From NCBI GenBank assembly GCA_005778355.1, contig SXON01000226.1, forward strand, positions 18,926 to 42,925: a stretch of 24,000 nucleotides of DNA, read 5' to 3'. The notes below the pieces were generated by a model. That model saw only the letters and a list, made by a program, of their open reading frames with translations, was not told where the DNA came from and searched no databases. Source of the DNA: Pseudomonadota bacterium. Lineage in GTDB: Bacteria; Myxococcota_A; UBA796; SXON01. The position numbers and the translations under genes are program-made. Positions within the stretch are counted from its first letter, which is position 1; each line of letters begins with the position of its first letter. This document shows, in pieces, positions 8,956-17,883 of the stretch.

Positions 8956-10457
8956 TCGTCGTCTTCCTCGAAGTGCGACTTGTCGATGTCGAGATCATCG
9001 CCCTTCGGGGGCATCGGGCGCGGCGCGGGGGCAGGCGGGGGCTGGTCGGGCGGCGGGGCGGACACGGGCGCGGCGGGGATCGTCTTCGCATCGCCGTTCC
9101 AGGGCAGCTTGATCTCGGTTTCCCAGCCGGGATTCGGCTCGCCCACGGCGAGGCGGCGCGCGATGGCGAAGACCACGCGGCGGTTGGCGGCGTCGTCGCC
9201 CTCCTTCACCGGCATCACCTCGCCGTAGCCTCGGATCGCCAGGCGCGACGGGTGCACCCCGGACTCCACGAGGAACTTGAACACCGCCAGGGCGCGGTCG
9301 ACGGAGAGGGCGTAGTTCGACTCGAAGGTGCCCTCGCCCGAGGCGTGTCCCTCGATGATGAGCGTCTGGATGTCGGCGTTCTCGTTCATCAGCTGGGCGA
9401 CGAACTCGAGGGTGGGCATCGACTCCGGCAGGATGATGTCTTTCGCGGCGGCGAAACGAAGGGCGTCGCGGATGACGATCTCCTTCTGGGTCACCACCGC
9501 GAGCGGCTTCTCGGGCTCGGGCTCGGGCTCGGGCTCTTCCTCGATGATCTTGTCGAGCTCGGCGTCGGTCACCTCGGCCTGGTAGACCGGCGCGAGCACC
9601 TCGACGGGCTTCGGGTCTTCCGGCACCCGCTGGTAGGTGACGGCGAGAACTGCTCGCGCGTCGGTGGCGCCGTAGCCGGCGGTGAGTCCCTTGCCCCCGT
9701 AGGCGTCGATCCACCACTCCTTGTGAACCCCCACCTGCGCACCCCCGAGCAGCTCCACCGGGAAGGTGGAGTCGCTCGCGACGTCGGCGGTGAGGCCCAC
9801 GCGGGCGAGGGCGAGCAAGTGCGGCCGCAGGCGGCCATCGAGCAGACCGTAGGAGATGTCGGCCGCCGTGGTGAGCTCCTGGCCGAGTCCCAGCGTTTCC
9901 TGGGTGGGCACCACGCCGCGAAGCATGAAGCTCGCGTCGACCTCCACGCGGAAGTCGCCGGGGGAGAGCGCGAAGGCCACGCCGGGCGCGAAGCGGAGGC
10001 TCGCCTCGCCGAGGTACGAGGCGGGACGCGCAATCGGCACGTAGAGGTCGCCATGCGCACCGAGCGCCAACAGATCGGTCTCCACGAGCTCGAAGCGCAG
10101 ACCGGCCGACAGGTCGCCGGCCCCGAAACCATCCGCGGCCAGAGCGTCGAGTTCGCTGCCGAAGGTGAAGGCCACCGGCAACGTCGCCCGCACCGCCACC
10201 CGGCGACTCACGTCGACGCTGGCCCCCGCGTGAACCGCGAGGCGATTGCCCACGACCGAGCCGAGCTCCTCGCCCTCCACGACCAGGACCAGCGGGTTGG
10301 ACTGGTACTGCACGACGGCCCCGGCGGTGACCGCGCCCTGCTTCTGCACTTCCGGCGCGTCGATGCCGGGCGGCGCGCCGGAGAAGCCCGGGCGAACCAG
10401 CTCGATGTCGAGCGAGTAGCCCTCGGCGAGGGCTAGAGGGAGGAGCGCGAGGATCAC
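8952..10457 (-). CDS. Outer-membrane beta-barrel protein with an OmpA/MotB peptidoglycan-binding domain and a Pro-rich acidic tail
   Basis: GTG start; the N-terminus has a signal peptide, [11 protein letters not shown]. About 270 aa show an alternating hydrophobic beta-strand pattern. After an [13 protein letters not shown] linker comes the OmpA_C-like region: [50 protein letters not shown]...NRRVVFAI. The tail is [17 protein letters not shown]...EEDDE. Confidence 0.9.
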   Translation of the reverse strand: MILALLPLALAEGYSLDIELVRPGFSGAPPGIDAPEVQKQGAVTAGAVVQYQSNPLVLVVEGEELGSVVGNRLAVHAGASVDVSRRVAVRATLPVAFTFGSELDALAADGFGAGDLSAGLRFELVETDLLALGAHGDLYVPIARPASYLGEASLRFAPGVAFALSPGDFRVEVDASFMLRGVVPTQETLGLGQELTTAADISYGLLDGRLRPHLLALARVGLTADVASDSTFPVELLGGAQVGVHKEWWIDAYGGKGLTAGYGATDARAVLAVTYQRVPEDPKPVEVLAPVYQAEVTDAELDKIIEEEPEPEPEPEKPLAVVTQKEIVIRDALRFAAAKDIILPESMPTLEFVAQLMNENADIQTLIIEGHASGEGTFESNYALSVDRALAVFKFLVESGVHPSRLAIRGYGEVMPVKEGDDAANRRVVFAIARRLAVGEPNPGWETEIKLPWNGDAKTIPAAPVSAPPPDQPPPAPAPRPMPPKGDDLDIDKSHFEEDDE

Positions 10458-10492
10458 GTGGGGACCAGGGTCGGGACCACCCTGCTATCGCA

Positions 10493-13177
10493 TCAGAAGC
10501 TCACCGTGCCTTCGACGTACGCGGTGCGTCGCGGCTGCGGCAGCTCGGCCATCAGCACCTCGTCGCCGCCGGGGTAGCCGTAGTTCCAATCGAGCACGTT
10601 CTTCACGCCCATCGCCCAGTCGAGGCTGAACGAGGGCACCGCGCCGCTGAGCACGAGGTCCCAGAGCACGAAGGGATCGGTCGTCGCGCCGGTGGTGGTG
10701 AGCCGGCCCGTCTCGAAGCGCACCCGCGTGGACCCCGTCATCTGGCCCGGGAGCAGCGGCGCCGCCGCCTTGAGCGAGGCGAGGTAGGCCGGGGAGTTGG
10801 TGAGCTCGTCGCCCGCGAGGAGGTCGCCCTCCCGGGTGTGCTGGTAGCCCTGCGTCACCGCGCACATCCAGCCGCCGCGCCAGTCGCGACGCAGCTCCAG
10901 CTCGGCGCCAGCCGCCTGCACGACCTCGCTGGTGTTCTGGTACTGCAAGACGCCGTCACTCCCGACGTTGCCGAGGTCGACCAGGGCATCGATCTGGTTG
11001 TAGTAGGCCGACAGGACCGCTGAGCCCACCTCGGTGAAACGCCAGGTGTACTCGGCCTCTCCGGTGATGATGGTCTCAGGCAAGAGCCCGGTCGCCGTCA
11101 CCTGGGTGTAGCCGTCGTCGTTGTAATAGAGCTCGTAGGGCGAGGGCGCTCGAAAGGCCCGACCGCCGAGGAGCTTCACCGTGTGCGCCTCGCCGGGGCG
11201 GAGGATCAGGGCGGCCCGGGGGTTGATCGAGAGGCCGAAGCTACTGAAGTAGTCCACGCGGCCGCCGACGCTGGCGGTGAGCCACTCGCCCGCGTCGGCC
11301 TCCGCCACCGCGTAGGCTCCGCCCGACTGGTAGCTCGGCGACTCGTCGAGGTAGGGGCCAGCACGATCTTCGCCGTGAAGCTCGGCCTGGAGGTGGGCGT
11401 CCACCGCGAGCCCGCCGGTGAGGCGGAACCAGGTGGAGGGGCTCCCCACGACGCGGGCCTCGGCCCCGGTCCAGGTGCCGTGCCAGGTGTCGGCCACGAA
11501 GTCGCCCACGTAGGGGTAGCGCCCGGCAAAGTCGTACCGGTCGACGTAGGCCCGGCTGTAGAGTTGGACGTCCTTCGACAACTCGGGCTCGAAACGAAGC
11601 TCGGCGAAGGCGCGGGTATCGGCGCTGTGCGCGTCTTCGTCGGCGAGCACGGTGTCGTAGGCGCCGGTGGGGATGCGCTTGTCGCGATGGTTTCCGTAGG
11701 CCATCACCGTCCACGGGCCCGACCACAGCTTGCCCCGCGCGCCCGCCGAGCCGAAGCCGTCTGCCCCCTCGCTCTTGCCGTCACCCGTGGCCTGCTCGAT
11801 GGCCTCGAACTCGAAGTCCTGGCCGCGCGAGAGCGCCCCACCGGCGGAGAGCCACCAGCCCGCGTCGACGCCCATCGTGCCCGAGGCGCTGGCCCTCGCG
11901 CGTGCGGTGCCGTGCCCCAGTGCCCCGAGGGACAGGTGGGAGGGCCGGGTGCTCTCGCGTTCCCGCGTGACGACGTTGATGACCCCGAGGAAGGCGTTGG
12001 TGCCGTAGAGCGCCGAGCCGGCGCCGCGAACCACCTCGATGCGCTCCACGTCGCCGAGGTCTTGCGCGAAGTCGAAGCCCATGTAGGAGGCGCCGAGCTG
12101 ATCGTCGTTGAGCGCGTGACCGTCGAGTGTCAACAAGATTCGATTGTTGTAGTCGCCCGGGCGGGCGAAGCCGCGCACGCCCACGTACTCGTACACCCGG
12201 TCGTTGCTCTGGAACAAGCCGCGGGTGCCCCCGAGCGCGTCGTACACCGTCTCGTAGCCGAAGGCCCGGATCTCCTCGGCGGGGATCAAGCTGACACTCG
12301 CCGGGGCGTCTTCGACCTCTTGCGTGGTACGGCTCGCCGCCGTCACCTCCTGGAGCGGGCGCAGCTGGGCGGTCACCGCCACCCGCCCGTCGGCTTCGAC
12401 CTCCACCTCGGCCTCGAAGGGCCGGTAGCCTGGCAGCGACACCCGCAGCCGGTGTTTGCCGGCGGAAACAGCGGGGAGCACCGCAGGCGTGAAGCCTGCC
12501 GCCTCGCCGTCGATCTCGATGAGCGCTCCCTTCTCGAGGGCGTCGACCACCACCGCCCCGGTGATGAGCGGCAGCTCGACGACCGCCTGCACCGAGCCGT
12601 CGGCCGCCACCGACACCAGCTGCCGCGCGGTGCGGTAGCCGGGCGCGTCGACAATCAACATGTGTGAGCCCGGCGAGAGCCGCAGGGCGCCCGGGATGGT
12701 GGCCACCGGCTCGCTGTCTTCCACGTCGACTCGCACCCGGGCGCCCGCGGGCTGGCCGGTGAGCTCGACCGTGCCGAGCACCGGCTCCAACTGCAACCGG
12801 ACGCCGCTCTCCTTGCCCACGGTGGCGCTCACGTTGGTGCGCTGCGCCTCGTGAAACCCGTCGCGACGCAGGATCACGGTGTGGTCGCCCGGGTCGAGCG
12901 CGAGGATGAGCGGGGTCTGCCCTCGGCTGCCGAGATCCACGCGGTCGACGAAGACCTGCGCCCCCGGCGGGTCGCTCTCCACGTTGACCAGGGCCACGCG
13001 CGGCCGGATGCGCGCGATCGCCTCCTCCGCGCCCTGTCGACGGGCGGGGTCGGTTTCGACCGAGAGGTAGTCCCGGTAGTGCCGGAAGGCCTCGGCGAAG
13101 CGCCCGAGCTGCTCGTAGGCGCGGGCGATGTTGAACACCACGTTGCGGTTGGGAACGAGGCGGTTGCTGGTCAGCAA
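10493..13177 (-). CDS. TonB-dependent-receptor-like outer-membrane protein with an N-terminal TPR + 3x PEGA extension; coordinates are the minimal TTG-start ORF and the true start is probably upstream at 13309 or 13324
   Basis: TPR-like helices: NIARAYEQLGRFAEAFRHYRDYL. Three PEGA-like domains lie at 12353-12997. Plug motifs: VTAASRTTQEVEDAPASVSLIPAEEIRAFGYETVYDALGGTRGL...IEVVRGAGSALYGTNAFLGVINVVTRE. A long barrel ends ...YVEGTVSF with a terminal Phe. The frame stays open upstream to 13327 and there encodes a signal-peptide-like PLFFLASFWASFALAAEP. Confidence 0.9.
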   Translation of the reverse strand: MLTSNRLVPNRNVVFNIARAYEQLGRFAEAFRHYRDYLSVETDPARRQGAEEAIARIRPRVALVNVESDPPGAQVFVDRVDLGSRGQTPLILALDPGDHTVILRRDGFHEAQRTNVSATVGKESGVRLQLEPVLGTVELTGQPAGARVRVDVEDSEPVATIPGALRLSPGSHMLIVDAPGYRTARQLVSVAADGSVQAVVELPLITGAVVVDALEKGALIEIDGEAAGFTPAVLPAVSAGKHRLRVSLPGYRPFEAEVEVEADGRVAVTAQLRPLQEVTAASRTTQEVEDAPASVSLIPAEEIRAFGYETVYDALGGTRGLFQSNDRVYEYVGVRGFARPGDYNNRILLTLDGHALNDDQLGASYMGFDFAQDLGDVERIEVVRGAGSALYGTNAFLGVINVVTRERESTRPSHLSLGALGHGTARARASASGTMGVDAGWWLSAGGALSRGQDFEFEAIEQATGDGKSEGADGFGSAGARGKLWSGPWTVMAYGNHRDKRIPTGAYDTVLADEDAHSADTRAFAELRFEPELSKDVQLYSRAYVDRYDFAGRYPYVGDFVADTWHGTWTGAEARVVGSPSTWFRLTGGLAVDAHLQAELHGEDRAGPYLDESPSYQSGGAYAVAEADAGEWLTASVGGRVDYFSSFGLSINPRAALILRPGEAHTVKLLGGRAFRAPSPYELYYNDDGYTQVTATGLLPETIITGEAEYTWRFTEVGSAVLSAYYNQIDALVDLGNVGSDGVLQYQNTSEVVQAAGAELELRRDWRGGWMCAVTQGYQHTREGDLLAGDELTNSPAYLASLKAAAPLLPGQMTGSTRVRFETGRLTTTGATTDPFVLWDLVLSGAVPSFSLDWAMGVKNVLDWNYGYPGGDEVLMAELPQPRRTAYVEGTVSF

Positions 13178-13327
13178 GTGCTCTAGAGCACCAAGATAGT
13201 CACGACGCTGGTAGGCCGCGACGCCGAGCTCGAACTGGATGTCGGCCTCGTCGGCGAGGTCGAGCGAGGGCTCGGCGGCGAGGGCAAACGAGGCCCAGAA
13301 CGAGGCCAGGAAAAAGAGCGGAATGTC

Positions 13328-14962
13328 TCACCTCTCCAGGCGAATGTCGTCGCCCGAGCCGCCGACGGGCGGCGTGCTGGGTCGCGCCGAGCGCGGGATC
13401 TTCTCGAGTTCCACCGCGAGCGCGCCGTCGTCGTCGGGCCCGTCGAGGCTCAGGGTGCGCACCCGGTAGCCGGGTTGGCGCACCTCGAGTTGCGATGGCC
13501 GCGCCGGGTCGTAGCCCAGCTCCACGGGGCTCGGCCCGACGAGCTTGCCGTCGAGGTACACGCTCGCGCCCTCGGGGATCGTCGTCACCCGGAGGGTGCT
13601 GGCGGTGGCCGGCACGGCAGGCTTCGGTGCGGCCACGCCGTCGGCCATGACCCGGAGCGCCTCGTCCACGGGGACCTCGGGCGGTGGCTGCGTCGCGACC
13701 ATGTCGCCACTGGTGCTGTACCACCAGATCCCCAACACGATGAGCGCCAGCGCGAAGAAGAGGAAGACCCCGGCGCCGGCGCCAAGAGCCAACCAGCGGC
13801 CAGTGGCGGGGGCCGCGGGCGGTGCGACAGGCGGCGTTGGCCCGAGGCGCACGCCCGCGTTGGCCAGCGAGCGCGTGATCTCCGGGGAGGCCAGGACCGT
13901 GGGCGAGGTGGGCAGGCGCGTGTCGACCGGGCTGGGGGCCATGTCCGAGGGCGACCAGGTGCGCGCGGCGGCCTGCGGCTTCTCGTCGGTGGCCGACTCG
14001 TCTTCCAAGGGGAGGTCGACGGTGGCCTCGGGCAGGTCGGATACCGGCAATAGCCGCGTGGCCCGCAAAGCGAGGATCACCGCGTCGGCGTCGGCGTAGC
14101 GAGCGCGCGGGTCTTTCTCGAGGAGACGACGCAGGAGCGCTTCGAGTTGCGACGGGACGCCCTCGGGCGCGTGTAGGGCCGGCACCGGGTCGTTCAGGTG
14201 CATCAAGAGCGTCCGCACCGGCTCGCTCGACGAGAAAGGCGGCGCCCCCGACAACATCTCGAACATCATCACGCCGAGGGCGTAGAGGTCGGCGCGACCG
14301 TCAATCTGCTCCTGCCTTACTTGCTCCGGCGCCGTGTAGCGGGGCGAGCCCACGAAGCTGCCGTCGGTGGTGAGCGACTCGGCGCCCTCGGCCATCACCT
14401 TGGCCACGCCGAAGTCGAGCACCTTGACCGCCTCGCCTTCCTCGGTTTGCGCCAGCATCACGTTCGACGGCTTCAAGTCGCGATGCACGATGCCAGCCCG
14501 GTGGGCCTCGCGAAGGGACCGGCAGATCTCGTGGGCCACGCGCACCGTGCGCGCGGCGGAGAGCGGACCCTCGCTCCGCATCGCCTGGGAGATCGTGCGC
14601 CCGCGAACGAACTCCATCACCATGTAGAAGGTCTGCTCGCCAGCCACGTCGATCGAGCCATAGTCAAAGACGGTCACGGTGTTGGGGTGACGGAGCCGGG
14701 CGCAGGTGGCCGCTTCCAAGAGGAATCGTTTCTCCAGCGCCACGTCGTCGAGCGCCGTTCCCATCGCCGGGCGGGTGAGGATCTTCAGCGCCACCTCGCG
14801 ACCGAGAGGCGCCTGTTCGGCCCGATAGATGCGCCCCATCCCCCCGCGCGCCACGAGCTCGATCACGTGGTACTTCCCGGCGACCACGGCACCGACGAGC
14901 GGATCGTTCACCGCAGACGGTGGCGGACTCCCGGGTGGTGGCAGCCCTTGGGCGCTCGACAC
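13328..14962 (-). CDS. Hanks-type Ser/Thr protein kinase with one TM helix and a periplasmic PEGA domain
   Basis: The preferred start is GTG 14962 (MSSAQGLPPPGS...). Kinase motifs: GGMGRIYRA, VALKIL, HRDLKPSNVM, DFGVAK, GSPRYTAPE, DLYALGVMMFEMLSG. The TM helix WLALGAGAGVFLFFALALIVLGIWWY is at 13718-13795. The PEGA domain LRVTTIPEGASVYLDGKLVG...YRVRTLSL is at about 13397-13594. The 645-aa ORF reaching 15265 adds an Arg/Glu-rich extension overlapping the divergent gene, so I rejected it. Confidence 0.9.
   Translation of the reverse strand: MSSAQGLPPPGSPPPSAVNDPLVGAVVAGKYHVIELVARGGMGRIYRAEQAPLGREVALKILTRPAMGTALDDVALEKRFLLEAATCARLRHPNTVTVFDYGSIDVAGEQTFYMVMEFVRGRTISQAMRSEGPLSAARTVRVAHEICRSLREAHRAGIVHRDLKPSNVMLAQTEEGEAVKVLDFGVAKVMAEGAESLTTDGSFVGSPRYTAPEQVRQEQIDGRADLYALGVMMFEMLSGAPPFSSSEPVRTLLMHLNDPVPALHAPEGVPSQLEALLRRLLEKDPRARYADADAVILALRATRLLPVSDLPEATVDLPLEDESATDEKPQAAARTWSPSDMAPSPVDTRLPTSPTVLASPEITRSLANAGVRLGPTPPVAPPAAPATGRWLALGAGAGVFLFFALALIVLGIWWYSTSGDMVATQPPPEVPVDEALRVMADGVAAPKPAVPATASTLRVTTIPEGASVYLDGKLVGPSPVELGYDPARPSQLEVRQPGYRVRTLSLDGPDDDGALAVELEKIPRSARPSTPPVGGSGDDIRLER
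13331..13337 (-). promoter_or_regulatory. Shine-Dalgarno-like GGAGAGG inside the kinase 3' end, 6 nt upstream of an in-frame ATT (13322-13324) that could start the TBDR-like gene
   Basis: The minus strand reads CTGGAGAGGTGAGACATTCCG. GGAGAGG, TGAGAC, ATT. There is no ATG, GTG or TTG in frame between 13327 and 13178. Confidence 0.4.
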
Positions 14963-15019
14963 GCGCGAAGCGTAGCATGCTGGCCAAGGGCGCCCGCGGC
15001 GTGTAGGGTTCTGGTGTCG

Positions 15020-15625
15020 ATGCACGACGAGCACGCCACACCCCGCTTCGTCGCCGCCCTCGACCCCGGGCAGCTCAGGCTCGGACCGATGCTCCTGCGG
15101 CTCGCGGCCGCGATCGGCGCAATGGTCCTGGGTGTCTTGGCCCTCGCCTACTGCTTCCGCGCCCCGCTGGAGGCGGCCGGCAACGCGCTCGTCGCGGCCA
15201 CCGGCATCGGCGGCATCGCGGCGGTGGTGCTCGCCCTCGATCCGTTGCCGGGGCTCGGCTTCCAACCTGGACTGGTCCTGGGCACGGCGGCTGGGGTGTC
15301 GGCCTGGCCGCTCTTCTTCACCGCCTCGCTGGCCTCGATGGGCTCTTCGGTGCTCGGCTGGGCGCTGGGGCGCTGGGGTCGTCGCCTGCGCTGGCTGGAG
15401 CGCATCCTGCTGGTCTCCGGTGCCGCCGCGGCCGTTACCCGCTGGGGTGGCCGAGCGGTGGCCATCGCGGGCGTCACCCCGATCCCCTTCGGTCTCGCCA
15501 CCGTCGCTGCCGGCGCCGTCGGCATGCCGCTCGACGTCCTGGCCCTCGCCGCCACCGCACGGTGGATCAAGATCGGGCTTTCGCTGCTGGCAATCTCGCT
15601 CGGGTGGGACGCCGCCACCGGGTAG
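15020..15625 (+). CDS. Polytopic membrane protein, DedA/YqaA (VTT/SNARE-associated domain)-like
   Basis: ATG at 15020 lies in the frame of the 14198-15625 ORF. There are 4-5 hydrophobic helices. WGGRAVAIAGVTPIPFGLATVAAGAVGMPLDVLALAATARWIKIGL resembles the YqaA/DedA C-terminal pattern. The gene is divergent from the kinase across a 57-bp gap. Confidence 0.65.
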   Translation: MHDEHATPRFVAALDPGQLRLGPMLLRLAAAIGAMVLGVLALAYCFRAPLEAAGNALVAATGIGGIAAVVLALDPLPGLGFQPGLVLGTAAGVSAWPLFFTASLASMGSSVLGWALGRWGRRLRWLERILLVSGAAAAVTRWGGRAVAIAGVTPIPFGLATVAAGAVGMPLDVLALAATARWIKIGLSLLAISLGWDAATG

Positions 15626-15631
15626 CGGCGC

Positions 15632-17542
<1,911 letters not shown>

Positions 17543-17569
17543 GGCGCCGATCTACCATGCGGCGGCACT

Positions 17570-17576
17570 AAGGAGG
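17570..17576 (+). promoter_or_regulatory. Strong Shine-Dalgarno AAGGAGG, 4 nt upstream of ATG 17581
   Basis: The sequence reads ctAAGGAGGcacgATG. It is the clearest ribosome-binding site I saw in the window. Confidence 0.7.
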
Positions 17577-17580
17577 CACG

Positions 17581-17844
17581 ATGTGGATTGTCCTGGCCCT
17601 GGCTTGCACCGTCGACGAGGGCGAAGCCGAGCAGGCGCCCGTCACCTGCGACGAGGGCGCGGCGCTCTTGCGCGATGTCTGCGACGTGGAGGGCGTGGTC
17701 ATCGACCTCGACACCGAGACGGCTGACTGCCAGTCGCGACCGGAAGAATGGCAGGAGTGCTGGCTCCAGTGCGTGTTCGACGAGCGCGATGCCGGTTGCG
17801 ACCCCGCGATGCTCGACTGCGCCGACGCCTGCGTGACCGAGTAG
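17581..17844 (+). CDS. Small (87 aa) very acidic Cys-rich lipoprotein
   Basis: An ATG with a strong SD. MWIVLALAC has a lipobox. The mature part has 8 further Cys and many Asp/Glu. G/C3 bias is strong. No family recognised. Confidence 0.75.
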   Translation: MWIVLALACTVDEGEAEQAPVTCDEGAALLRDVCDVEGVVIDLDTETADCQSRPEEWQECWLQCVFDERDAGCDPAMLDCADACVTE

Positions 17845-17883
17845 GCCAGCGGATCGCCACGAGTTCGATTACAACCGCCGGTC

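Noticed and set aside
7852-9228. Long plus-strand ORF (458 aa) and the neighbouring Arg-rich ORFs (8085-8624, 8165-8638, 7941-8462, 8973-10436) overlapping the TSP3 and OmpA genes
   Set aside because: Their translations are low-complexity Val/Ala/Gly/His or Arg-rich strings typical of shadow frames in ~70% GC DNA. The opposite-strand frames carry unmistakable TSP3 and OmpA motifs.
11183-12667. 494-aa plus-strand ORF antisense to the TBDR-like gene; also 2281-3273, 3849-4739, 6863-7954, 1082-2542, 33-671 and similar
   Set aside because: The reasoning is the same: high-GC shadow ORFs with no motifs, overlapping frames that have strong domain signatures.
13328-13330. The in-frame TGA between kinase and TBDR-like gene as a selenocysteine codon, or the pair as one disrupted gene
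   Set aside because: I saw no SECIS-like hairpin immediately downstream. The residues after the stop look like a fresh signal peptide rather than a continuation of a domain. Read-through is kept only as a minor alternative in the finding.
14963-15019. Divergent 57-bp region searched for sigma-70 or sigma-54 promoter elements (TTGGCC..., TGGCCAGCATGCT, palindrome AGCATGCT)
   Set aside because: The spacings do not fit the -35/-10 (7 nt) or -24/-12 consensus. I cannot support a promoter call by eye.
14963-15265. N-terminal 101-aa extension of the kinase ORF (start at 15265)
   Set aside because: The extension is Arg/Glu/Gly-rich with no kinase subdomain. It would also overlap the divergent membrane-protein gene by about 245 nt. 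GTG 14962 lies about 30 residues before the Gly-rich loop, which is a normal distance.
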